Positions 1 to 8,657 of a stretch of 64,000 nt of DNA are shown here, in pieces. The stretch is from an uncultured Acidimicrobiaceae bacterium (lineage in GTDB: Bacteria; Actinomycetota; Acidimicrobiia; Acidimicrobiales; RAAP-2). The translations under genes and the position numbers were made by a program. The notes beneath the pieces were generated by a model, which saw only the letters and a list, made by a program, of their open reading frames with translations, searched no databases and was not told the origin of the DNA. How positions within the stretch are numbered: the stretch's first letter is position 1; each line of letters opens with the position of its first letter. The stretch lies in NCBI GenBank assembly GCA_963794145.1, contig CAWCCM010000001.1, positions 62,910-126,909 of the forward strand. Reading direction: 5' to 3'.

Positions 1-565
1 GCTCGTCGGCCACGCTGTCGAGTTCGACCGCCAGGACGCCATCGGGGTAGCGGGTACTGACTCGGCGAGCCAGCTCGTAGGCCACCGTCGTCTTGCCGAC
101 CCCGCCCGGCCCGACCAGCGTCAGGAGGCGGTGTTCGGGCAACGCCCGGCTGAGCACGTCGAGCAACGCGTCTCGGCCGATGATTGGCTGCAGAGCGGCG
201 GGGACGGATGCGGCCGGTCCGCCCGAGGCCGGTTCGCCGTCCCTGCATCCGTCGACGACCGTGGTGACGTCGGCGATGAACTCGTAGCCCCTCCCGTGCA
301 CCGTGCGGATCACAGCCTGGCGGTTCCCGTCGTCGCCGACCGCCCTGCGGACAGCCTTGATGCGCGTGGTCAGCGCGGACTCGCTCACGAACCGGTCGCC
401 CCAAACTTCGTCGAGCAACTCCCCCTTGTGGACCACGCGTCCCCGGTGCTCGACGAGCAGGGCGAGCACATCGAAGGCCTGCGGCTCGAGCCGCACGTCC
501 TGGCCGTCCCGGCGGAGGACCACCCGTGCCAGATCCATCTCACAACTGGCAAAGCGAAGGATCAT
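1..565 (-). CDS. Transcriptional regulator with an N-terminal OmpR/PhoB-type winged helix followed by a P-loop NB-ARC/STAND-like NTPase. Only the 5' part is present; the gene runs off the window edge.
   Basis: My own minus-strand translation from the ATG at 565-563 gives MILRFASCEMDLARVVLRRDGQDVRLEPQAFDVLALLVEHRGRVVHKGELLDEVWGDRFVSESALTTRIKAVRRAVGDD..IRTVHGRGYEF, then Walker A LLTLVGPGGVGKTT. It is absent from the ORF track because there is no stop inside the window. Confidence 0.8.
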   Translation of the reverse strand, partial: MILRFASCEMDLARVVLRRDGQDVRLEPQAFDVLALLVEHRGRVVHKGELLDEVWGDRFVSESALTTRIKAVRRAVGDDGNRQAVIRTVHGRGYEFIADVTTVVDGCRDGEPASGGPAASVPAALQPIIGRDALLDVLSRALPEHRLLTLVGPGGVGKTTVAYELARRVSTRYPDGVLAVELDSVADE

Positions 566-763
566 CACGCCACCGTCCTTGCTGGCTCATCCTCGCGCGA
601 AACCGGCGTTCTCGCAGCAGGAGCGGCCCACGGGCCCGGGGTCTCGCCGCCGTGGGCGCCCACTCGCGCGGCGGGAGAGACGACGCCGCCTGGGAAGGAC
701 CTGGGACGCACGGCTCGGTCGGGCCGGTCCGCTGTCTGCTCTGTTCGCCGACTGAGAGCGAGC

Positions 764-818
764 CCTACTTCATCCGGCGGTGCTGGGCCGCCAGCAGCTT
801 GCCGATGAGGTCGTAGCC
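764..818 (-). repeat. 55-bp copy (53/55 identical) of the 3' end of the SGNH hydrolase gene at 3103-3157. It is an orphan gene-tail fragment and forms a direct repeat.
   Basis: ctacttcatccggcggtGctgggccGccagcagcttgccgatgaggtcgtagccc matches 3103-3157 apart from the two capitalised mismatches. It encodes GYDLIGKLLAAQHRRMK* versus GYDLIGKLLVAQYRRMK*. Homology stops abruptly on both sides. Confidence 0.85.
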
Positions 819-909
819 CGACCACTCGCCGTTCCTCACCCGGCCAGGCGACGCGGCCGACCGGGTGGCCGCCCGCCTCGCGTCCTGAGGGCGTGTCCGG
901 CGCCCGGAC

Positions 910-959
910 GCGGACCGGCCGGGTCACCGGTGAGGCGGACCGGCCGGGTCACCGGTGAG
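910..959. repeat. Tandem 25-bp duplication (gcggaccggccgggtcaccggtgag x2, plus a degenerate third copy to about 980) just downstream of the beta-helix gene stop.
   Basis: Read directly from the sequence. Each unit contains the small palindromes ccggccgg and caccggtg. It could act as a GC-rich terminator-like structure. Confidence 0.8.
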
Positions 960-997
960 GCGGCCCGGCCGGTGCCGGAGCTCAAGGGGAGCGGCGG

Positions 998-2896
998 TCA
1001 GGCGGCCGCGGTGACCCCCACCGAGGCGGTGCCCACGATCGGCTTGTTGAGCGGCTTGCCGCCCATGGAGCCGAAGTAGCCGGCGTCGCCGAAGTTGAAG
1101 ACGCCACCGTCGGAGGCGACCAGCCAGTAACCCTGGCCGCTCGGCGTGGCTGAAATGCCCACGATCGGCTTGTTCAGCGTTTTGCCGCCCATGGAGCCGA
1201 ACTTGCCGGCGTCACCGAAGGCGTAGACCGCACCGTCGGAGCCCACCTCCCAGTAGCCCTTGCCGTCCTGGGTGGACGCGATGCCCACGATTGGCGCTGT
1301 GATGGCCTTGCCACCCATCGAGCCGTAGTAGCCGGCCGTCCCGAAGTTGAACACGCCGCCGTCGGACGCCACCTCCCAGTAGCCGTGGCCGTCGGGCGCC
1401 GCCGCGATGCCGACCACCGGCTTCACCAGCGGGGTGCCGCCCATGGAGCCGTAGAACCCGGCGTCACCGAAGGAGAAGATGCCACCGTCGGAGGCCACCT
1501 CCCAGTAGCCCTTGCCCGCCGGGTCGGGCTGTTCGGGCGGGTTGGCCGGGATGTACGGCGTGGCTGCGATGCCCACGATCGGCTTGTTGAGCGGCTTGCC
1601 GCCCATGGAGCCGTGGAAGACGGCGTCACCGAAGGAGAAGACGCCGCCGTCGGACGCCACCTCCCAGTAGCCGCCCTGGTCCAGCGTCTGGGCCAGGCCC
1701 ACGACCGGCGCGTTCAGCGCCTGGCCACCCATGGAGCCGTAGAAGCCGGCGGTCCCGAAGTTGAACACGCCGCCGTCGGAGGCCACCTGCCAGTAGCCAG
1801 TGCCCGGGATCGGTGTCGTGAAGACGTCCATGCCGCCCGGGAAGAGCTGGCTGATGGCGTTGGGGGCCGTGGTGGTGACGTGCGCGCCGGACTGCCAGAT
1901 CCCGTAGAACTCCTTGGTGATCGTGTTCCCGGTCATCGTGATGTCGGTCAGGACGGGGGTCACGGGCGCCGGGATCGGGGACGCGGCCACGATGATGCCG
2001 GCGGGCGTCGGAGGCCCGTCCACTGACAGCCAGTCGTCGAGGCTGAGCGTGTTGTTGGTCACGCTGATGTTGGTCACGCTGCTGTTGGGTGCGTTCGAAT
2101 GGACCACCACGCCCGGGATGGCGGCCCCGGTGATGGTGTTGGAGTCCACCGTAACGCCGGTCACCGGCCCGCCCGCTTCGTCGGAGGCCACCACGATGCC
2201 GCCGATGACCGGGCCGTGGGGGCCGAACACGCCGGGCGAGCCCTGGACCGTGTTGCCGCTGATGGTGCCGCCGGACACGCCGGAGGTGTTGTAGGCCGCG
2301 TACACGATGCCGCAGCCGCCGTAGTTGCCCGACGACGTGTTGTTGGTGACGTTGTCGTCAGCGGCGGCGTTGGCCGTGCCCGCATTGGGGGCGCCGGGGT
2401 CGATGGCGCCGTCGTCGGCGATCCCGATCCCGCCGTCGGCCGAGTTGCCGGTGACCGTGTTGCCGGTCACGTTCGAGTTGGACGTGCCGACCAGCTCAAT
2501 CGCCTTGTTCTCGGCGATGCCTGCAGTCGGGGCCACGCCGTTGCCGGTGACGGTGTTGCTCGAGATCGTGATGTTGTTGGCGTCCTGGACGAAGATGCCG
2601 TGGTCGTTGGCGTTGTTCACCGTGACGTCCGTGATGGTGATGCCCGAGGTCCCCGGCGGCACGAAGATGCCGACGTCGCAACCGGTGGCGTCGATTGTCT
2701 GCGGGCCGGTGAGGTTCGTCGTCACGACCTGCGCAGCGGTCAGTCCGGTCGACCCGGCGGCGACGCACGACGCCGCCGCGGCCGGCGTGGTGGCCTCGAC
2801 CGCCGCCACCGCCCCGGCGAAGCCTCCGGTCCCCAGTGCCATGGCGGCGACGACGCCGAACCGCGTCGCCCGCCCCTTGGGCTTCGCCCTTGGCAT
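998..2896 (-). CDS. Secreted protein: signal peptide, right-handed parallel beta-helix (PbH1/NosD-like) region, and six C-terminal repeats of about 42 aa (probable beta-propeller).
   Basis: ORF 998..2932. I prefer the ATG at 2896 because it is preceded by gaggagga. The N-terminus [32 protein letters not shown] is signal-like. Repeated motifs such as [12 protein letters not shown] and [11 protein letters not shown] are typical of a beta-helix. Six [36 protein letters not shown] units follow. Confidence 0.85.
   Translation of the reverse strand: [632 protein letters not shown]
1001..1798 (-). repeat. In-frame coding repeat array: six units of about 126 bp (one is 162 bp), encoding the GYW(E/Q/L)VASDGG.F.FG.A.F/Y.GSMGG repeat.
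   Basis: I counted the units from the translated ORF as 42+54+42+42+42+44 aa. The DNA periodicity is visible as recurring gccgcccatggagccg and ctcccagtagcc. Confidence 0.9.
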
Positions 2897-3102
2897 GTCA
2901 GTCCTCCTCGTTCTCGTGGCCCTAGCCATCACGGTGACATCCGGAGCGGCGGCGCGCGCGATCTGAGGCAGAACCGACCTGTGCCGGCGTCACGCGCGTC
3001 GCAACTGGGACCGAATGGCCGTTCGGACCGTACGCGGCTGCAGCCGCCGGGTCAAGCGCCCCGGCGGCCGGGCCGACGCGGGGACGCCGGTCCCCCCGGG
3101 GG

Positions 3103-4008
3103 CTACTTCATCCGGCGGTACTGGGCCACCAGCAGCTTGCCGATGAGGTCGTAGCCCACCGTGCGGGCGTGGATGTCGCCCTTGGCGCAGTACCACGACA
3201 GCCGACACACGCTGGCCACGGCGACCGGGACGGTGCCGTAGCCGGCGGTCCTCACGGTCCTGGTGAGGGGGACGTAGGAGCCCGACGCCCGGGTGACGTC
3301 GACCAGCGCGCCCGACGCGCTGGCGTACGCCGTGGAGAGCGACGGGTTGATGAGGCTCTTGAACGCGACGACCGAGAGCTTGGCCAGGTTCACCGTGCCC
3401 GCCGACGGCGGGACGGTCGGGTGGACGTAGGCGCCCAGGATCACGTCGGGGTAGGTGGAGCCGATGATGGGCACCTTCGGCCCGGCCGCGGCGCGCAGGT
3501 CGCCGGCCAACGTGGTCACGTTGGTCTTGATGCCCTGGACCGCGCCAGCCACGCAGCTGACCGGGCTGGCGTTGGCGGCGCACCCCGTGACGTCGTTACC
3601 GCCGATGGAGACGGTGATGAGCGCGATGTGACCCTTGTGCGCCGTGATGAAGGCGTCGGCCGCCGCGATCTGGGTCTGCGTCGGGTAGGTCATCAGGCCG
3701 GCGGTGTGGGGGAGGACGGCCGGGCAGCCCACCGTCTGGAGGATCGACGTCGTGGTGGCGCCGCCGCACCCGAAGTTGGCCAGTGTCAGCTTCGTGCGCG
3801 CCGCGACGTAGCCGGCGTAGCCGCGCGTGGCGCCGATGCCTGGCTGGTAGCCGACGGCGTAGGAGTCGCCCAGGTTCACGTAGTAGCTGGGCGACGTCGA
3901 CGCGCCGGCCACTCCGGCGCCGCTCCCGGCGCCGGTGACCACCAGTGCGGCGAGGGCGGACACGGCCAGCGACGCCAGGGCGAGCACGGTCAGGAGGCGC
4001 TTGCGCAT
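3103..4008 (-). CDS. Secreted SGNH/GDSL-family hydrolase (lipase/esterase).
   Basis: ORF 3103..4137. The likely start is MRKRLLTVLALASLAVSALAALVV (ATG at 4008), which is signal-like. Block I is YVNLGDSYAVG, and ITVSIGGNDV and a GYDLIGK tail are also present. Confidence 0.85.
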   Translation of the reverse strand: MRKRLLTVLALASLAVSALAALVVTGAGSGAGVAGASTSPSYYVNLGDSYAVGYQPGIGATRGYAGYVAARTKLTLANFGCGGATTTSILQTVGCPAVLPHTAGLMTYPTQTQIAAADAFITAHKGHIALITVSIGGNDVTGCAANASPVSCVAGAVQGIKTNVTTLAGDLRAAAGPKVPIIGSTYPDVILGAYVHPTVPPSAGTVNLAKLSVVAFKSLINPSLSTAYASASGALVDVTRASGSYVPLTRTVRTAGYGTVPVAVASVCRLSWYCAKGDIHARTVGYDLIGKLLVAQYRRMK

Positions 4009-4039
4009 CGCACCATGTTGCCCCAGCGGCCGCGCCCGG

Positions 4040-6646
4040 TCAGGTCGGACCGGGCGCGGTGGTCCCGGCGGGTACGGGGTCGTGGTCCGCTGCCGGGTCG
4101 TCACTGTGGACGCCGGTGTCCTGGCGGCGATCGCCACGGCGACGGTCGGCCAGGGGCCCCCCGTCGCTCGCCGCCAGCATACGGCCGGTGTCCACCGCGC
4201 CGAGGGGTTTCCCCAGGTAGTAGCCCTGGGCCAGGTTGCAGCCGAGGGTGCGCAGCCCGTCCTCCTGGGCCGGCCGCTCCACCCCCTCGGCGATGATGTC
4301 GTAGCCGAGTGTGCGCGCCAGTTGCAGCATGGCGGCCGCCATCGAGCGCGCGTCCTTGGGTCCGCCCAGGTGCTTCACGAAGGACCGGTCGATCTTGACG
4401 ATGTCGATCTGCAGACGGTCGAGGTGCGAGAGCGACGCGTAGCCCGTCCCGAAGTCGTCCAGGGCGATGCGCACCCCGGTCGCCCGTAGCTCGGCCAGGT
4501 TGCGCCGCGTCAGCTCGTCGTCGCTCAGGATGGCGCTCTCGGTGATCTCGAGGATCAACGAGTGCGGGTCGAAGCGCGAATCGGCCACCTGGCGCGCGAT
4601 CTGCCCGGCGAAGTCCTCCTCGGCCAGCTGCCCCGGTGAGAGGTTGACGCTCATCATGAGGTCGGGACGGCTGAGGCCCGAGTCGCGCCAGCGCGTGGCC
4701 TGCTCGGTGGCGGCGCGCAGCACGAAGGAGTCGATCTCGCCCACCAGGCCGAGCTCCTCGGCCAGTGGGATGAAGAGCCGGGGATCGACCAGGCCGCCAT
4801 CGGGGTGCTTCCAGCGCACCAGCGCCTCGAAGCCGACGATGGACCGCGAGTGCAGGTCCACGATGGGCTGGTAGTGCGCCAGCAGGTCGCCGGCGAAGAT
4901 CGCCGTCCGCAGCTCGTTCTCGAGCTCGATCCGGGCCAGCACCAGCGCGTGCATCTCCTCGCGGTACACCTCGGAGCGGTTCTTCCCCATCGACTTGGCG
5001 CGGTACATGGCGATGTCCGCGTTGCGCAACAGCTGCTCGCTGGTGATGTCCTGCTCGTCGAAGGCGATGCCGATGCTGCCGGTCGAGTTGACCGACTTGG
5101 TCCCGAGGCGGACCGCGGGCCGCAGCGAGTCGAGGATGCGCCCGGCCAGGGCGGTGATGGAGTCGCGCGACCGCACGTCCTCGACCAGGACGGCGAACTC
5201 GTCGCCGCCGAGGCGCGCCGCCGTGTCCGAGGGTCCGAGTGCCCGCACGATGGTGGTGGCCACCCGCTGGAGGAGCCGGTCGCCCTCCCCATGGCCCAGG
5301 CTGTCGTTCACCGTCTTGAAGTCGTCGAGGTCGATGAACATGACGGCCAGGTTCGAGCCCGTCCGCACGGTGCGGGCCAGTGCGTGTTCGAGGCGGTCCT
5401 GGAACAGGGCCTTGTTGGCCAGACCGGTCAGCGAGTCGTGGAAGGCCCGGTAGGCGAGCTCGTCCTCGAGGCGGGTGCGGTCGGTGATGTCGCGGAAGCT
5501 GTACACCCGGCCGACGACCGTGCCCGCCACCCGTTGGGGCCGCGAGTAGCGCTCGACGATTCGGCCGTCGAGGAACTCCAGGGTGTCGAATGTCTCGGTC
5601 TCCGGGATGCCGACGACGCGCTCGTGCCGGTTCCGCAGGTCCTCGGGTTCGGAGAGCTGGTCCATGGCGAATTCCAGCGTCGAGACGTCGTTGCCCTCGA
5701 CCACGGACTCCTCGGGCATGCGCCAGATCTCGATGAAGCGGTGGTTGAAGTTGGTGATCTCCCCCTTCGTGTTCACGACCAGGATCCCGTCCGCCGTGGA
5801 GTCGAGGGTGGCGGTGAGCCGTGAGAGGGTCTCGTTCACCTCGAGCTCGGCCGCCACCTGGTCGGTGGCGTCGTGGGCCGAGATCACGAAGCCCTCGACC
5901 GTGGGGTCGTCGACCAGGTTGACGATGCTGAGCTCGAAGGGGACCGCGGTCGCGCCGTCGTGTCGGAGGAGCCCGACCCGGATGGTCACAGGGTGGGCCG
6001 AGCTGGCCCCCGAGCTCAGGGCGGTCCGCACGGCGGCTTCGAGGTCGAGTCGGTCACCCTCGGCCACGATGTCGAGGAGCGGCCGGTGCTCGATGAGCTC
6101 GGGGTCGTGGCCGAGCGAGCGGGTGATGCCACCCGACACCGACTCGATCACCCCGTCGGGCGACACCAGCATGATGACCGACCCGGCGTTGTGCACGAGC
6201 GAGCGGAAGCGCGCTTCGTGGCCCTGAGCCAGCTCGAAGCGCCGTCGTTCGGTCAGGTCACGCATGGAGAGGAGGATCGCCGGCTCGCCCTCCCACGTGG
6301 TCACCGTGCCCACGAGTTCGATGAGGCGCCAGCCCGTCGCCGCCTTCAACCGGATCTCGATGGGCGAGCCCACGTCCTTGTCCTGAACGGTGGTCATGGC
6401 CCGGAGCACGAACTCGTGGTCGTCGGGGTGCACCAGGCTGAGGCCCGACACGCCGCGCCAATCCTCGAGGGCTCGGCCGAACATGCGCTCGGCCGAGCGG
6501 TTGCCCCAGACGATGTTCCCCTGCTTGTCGACCACCAGGACGCCGTCGGGCAGCTGGAGGAAGGCCTGGGCCAGGGGACCGGCTTCTTCGACGGGGAGTG
6601 CGGTCACACCCGCCCCTGCCCGCCGTCGACGAGACCCATGTGTCAT
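4040..6646 (-). CDS. PAS-domain diguanylate cyclase/phosphodiesterase (PAS x2-3, GGDEF, EAL).
   Basis: An 868-aa ORF with RLGGDEFAVLV (GGDEF), the EAL motif in FEALVRW, and EITES and KIDRSFV motifs. The N-terminal region shows PAS-like segments. Confidence 0.95.
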   Translation of the reverse strand: MTHGSRRRRAGAGVTALPVEEAGPLAQAFLQLPDGVLVVDKQGNIVWGNRSAERMFGRALEDWRGVSGLSLVHPDDHEFVLRAMTTVQDKDVGSPIEIRLKAATGWRLIELVGTVTTWEGEPAILLSMRDLTERRRFELAQGHEARFRSLVHNAGSVIMLVSPDGVIESVSGGITRSLGHDPELIEHRPLLDIVAEGDRLDLEAAVRTALSSGASSAHPVTIRVGLLRHDGATAVPFELSIVNLVDDPTVEGFVISAHDATDQVAAELEVNETLSRLTATLDSTADGILVVNTKGEITNFNHRFIEIWRMPEESVVEGNDVSTLEFAMDQLSEPEDLRNRHERVVGIPETETFDTLEFLDGRIVERYSRPQRVAGTVVGRVYSFRDITDRTRLEDELAYRAFHDSLTGLANKALFQDRLEHALARTVRTGSNLAVMFIDLDDFKTVNDSLGHGEGDRLLQRVATTIVRALGPSDTAARLGGDEFAVLVEDVRSRDSITALAGRILDSLRPAVRLGTKSVNSTGSIGIAFDEQDITSEQLLRNADIAMYRAKSMGKNRSEVYREEMHALVLARIELENELRTAIFAGDLLAHYQPIVDLHSRSIVGFEALVRWKHPDGGLVDPRLFIPLAEELGLVGEIDSFVLRAATEQATRWRDSGLSRPDLMMSVNLSPGQLAEEDFAGQIARQVADSRFDPHSLILEITESAILSDDELTRRNLAELRATGVRIALDDFGTGYASLSHLDRLQIDIVKIDRSFVKHLGGPKDARSMAAAMLQLARTLGYDIIAEGVERPAQEDGLRTLGCNLAQGYYLGKPLGAVDTGRMLAASDGGPLADRRRGDRRQDTGVHSDDPAADHDPVPAGTTAPGPT

Positions 6647-6700
6647 ATCTCGGTCAATCGGTGCCTGTCGTTGGTTGCGATCCGGTTGCGGGCTGGGCGG

Positions 6701-8050
6701 TCAGCGATCGTCGGCCCCCGTCGGTGTGCCCCCGTCGGCGCGCCGCCCGGTACGGCGACGGAGGGCGAACGGCGCATCGACCCGGTGGAGCGTGCGCGTC
6801 GCGATGGGTGCGACTGGGGCGTGCTCGGGAGCGTCCCGAGCGAGACGCGTCGCGTGGGCCCCGTAGAGCCGGGCCAGTGGGGAGGCCGAGACCCCGTGGA
6901 GGAGCACCGACAGGGCCACGGTCAGCGTGACGGTGGTGAGCACCACCTTGGACTGCTCGGTCGCCAAGGAGTCGACCGCCAGGAGGCCGAAGACGACCGA
7001 GGCCAGGCCGCGGGGCCCGAACCAGCCCACGAAGAGCACGGTCGCCCGGTCCAGTCCCCTCCCCGCCAGTGACAGCGCGACGGCACCCATCCGCAGCACG
7101 GTGAGGGCGAGGAGGGCGAAGACCACGTCGCGCCACCCCACGCCGTCGAGGCCGGGGACGAGCATGACGGCGCCGAAGATGAACCACACCAACAACGAGA
7201 GGAGGGTGCCACCCTCCTCGGTGAAACGCAGTGCCTCGTCGTCGTTGTGGTGGTCGACCGCCCCGAACGCCATCCCGCCCACGAAGGCGGCGATGAAACC
7301 GTTGGCTCCCGCCACCACCGAGACGGAGTAGGCGAACAATGCGAGAGCGAGGATGGCCAGGGGCCGGAAGGCAGGGGAGCTCCACCCGGTGCGCCGGGTG
7401 AAGGCCAGGAGGACGGCGCCGACGACCCCGATGGCCGCGCCGAGTGCCACGCCGCCGAGCAGCTCGGCCACGGCCGCGCCGAGGTGCGTGGTCCCCTTGA
7501 CCGCCTCGGTCGTAGCGGCGCCCGCGATGAAGAGGTTCACGAACGGCGTGGCGATGCCGTCGTTCAGCCCGCTCTCCACGTTGAGCACACGGCGCACGCC
7601 CGCGGGCACCCGCTCGTCCGCCATGATCGACGCGCCGAGCGCGGCGTCGGTTGGGGCGACGATGGCGCCGATGGCGGCGGCCACCCACAGGCCGGCGCCG
7701 CCGAAGAGCAGTGCCGCGGTGAGCGCCCCGGCGGCGATGGTCAACGGGAGGCCGATGCCGAGCAGGCGCGCCGGGAGCGCCGCGGACGCCCGCAGCCGCC
7801 GGACGTTCACCCGGGAGGCGTCGGCGAAGAGGACGAGAGCCAGGGTCAGCTCGGCCAGCGAGCGGATGGTGGACGAGTGGAGGTTGAAGTGGACGATCTC
7901 CGTCGGGCCGTGCGTCACCACCAGGCCGAGGATCACGAAGGCGATGGGCGGGGAGATGGCCCAGCGCTCCAGGCGGGCCGAGACGAGGCCCCAGACCACC
8001 ACGCAGGCGGAGACCACGGCCAGGGTCTCGAGGTTGAGCTCGGCGCTCAT
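6701..8050 (-). CDS. Cation:proton antiporter (Na+/H+ exchanger, CPA1-like).
   Basis: A 449-aa polytopic ORF with FADASRVNVRRLR, VLNVESGLNDG and GPRGLASVVF, motifs typical of sodium/hydrogen exchanger family proteins. Confidence 0.9.
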   Translation of the reverse strand: MSAELNLETLAVVSACVVVWGLVSARLERWAISPPIAFVILGLVVTHGPTEIVHFNLHSSTIRSLAELTLALVLFADASRVNVRRLRASAALPARLLGIGLPLTIAAGALTAALLFGGAGLWVAAAIGAIVAPTDAALGASIMADERVPAGVRRVLNVESGLNDGIATPFVNLFIAGAATTEAVKGTTHLGAAVAELLGGVALGAAIGVVGAVLLAFTRRTGWSSPAFRPLAILALALFAYSVSVVAGANGFIAAFVGGMAFGAVDHHNDDEALRFTEEGGTLLSLLVWFIFGAVMLVPGLDGVGWRDVVFALLALTVLRMGAVALSLAGRGLDRATVLFVGWFGPRGLASVVFGLLAVDSLATEQSKVVLTTVTLTVALSVLLHGVSASPLARLYGAHATRLARDAPEHAPVAPIATRTLHRVDAPFALRRRTGRRADGGTPTGADDR

Positions 8051-8219
8051 GGGATCGGATCTGGTCTCGGGCGTGTCTCAGGCATGCGGCTCCCGTTGTG
8101 AGCCCCGGTGGAGGGGGACGGGACACATCCCAGCACGCCACCAGGGAGAACGGCTAGACATTGTCGGGTGGGCGAGGTTCTCGCCGACCACACTTGACCG
8201 ACGACCACAGGAGCCCCCG

Positions 8220-8624
8220 ATGTTTGCGAGCTACCAGTACCCGATCCTCGATCTGTTCTTGACGATGCTCTGGTTCTTCCTCTTCGTCATCTGGATCTGG
8301 CTGCTGATCATGGTGTTCATCGACATCTTCCGCAGCCATGACATGGGCGGCTGGGTCAAGGCGCTCTGGGTGATCTTCATCATCATCCTCCCGTTCCTCG
8401 GTGTGTTCGTGTACCTGATCGCCCGGGGCGGCAAGATGCACGAGCGAGCGGCGCAGGATGCGGCGCAGCAGCAGAAGGCGTTCGACCAATACGTCAAGCA
8501 GGCCGCCGGGACACCGGGCAGCAGCAGCGCCGACCAGCTGTCCAAGCTCGCAGACCTCAAGAGCCAGGGCGTCATCACAGACGCCGAGTTCGAGGCCCAG
8601 AAGGCCAAGATCCTGGCCAGCTAG
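8220..8624 (+). CDS. Small membrane protein with a PLDc_N-type (cardiolipin-synthase N-terminal-like) two-TM domain and a C-terminal SHOCT domain. Paralogue 1.
   Basis: This is the internal ATG of ORF 7353..8624, preceded by aggag. The sequence is MFASYQYPILDLFLTMLWFFLFVIWIWLLIMVFIDIFRSHDMGGWVKALWVIFIIILPFLGVFVYLIARGG followed by ...LSKLADLKSQGVITDAEFEAQKAKILAS. Confidence 0.9.
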   Translation: MFASYQYPILDLFLTMLWFFLFVIWIWLLIMVFIDIFRSHDMGGWVKALWVIFIIILPFLGVFVYLIARGGKMHERAAQDAAQQQKAFDQYVKQAAGTPGSSSADQLSKLADLKSQGVITDAEFEAQKAKILAS

Positions 8625-8657
8625 CCGGGGTCTGCGTCCGTCACCGGAAGCGGCGCG

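Noticed and set aside
565-927. ORFs in the first intergenic region (565..927 on the minus strand; 526..816 and 780..1079 on the plus strand) considered as possible genes.
   Set aside because: Their composition is low-complexity Arg/Pro/Gly, there is no RBS, and part of the apparent coding signal comes from the duplicated SGNH gene tail.
1001-1798. The 6 x roughly 126-bp DNA repeat considered as a possible mobile element, satellite or assembly collapse.
   Set aside because: It is perfectly in frame and encodes a regular protein repeat with conserved Gly and aromatic positions. It sits inside one continuous ORF that has a signal peptide and an RBS.
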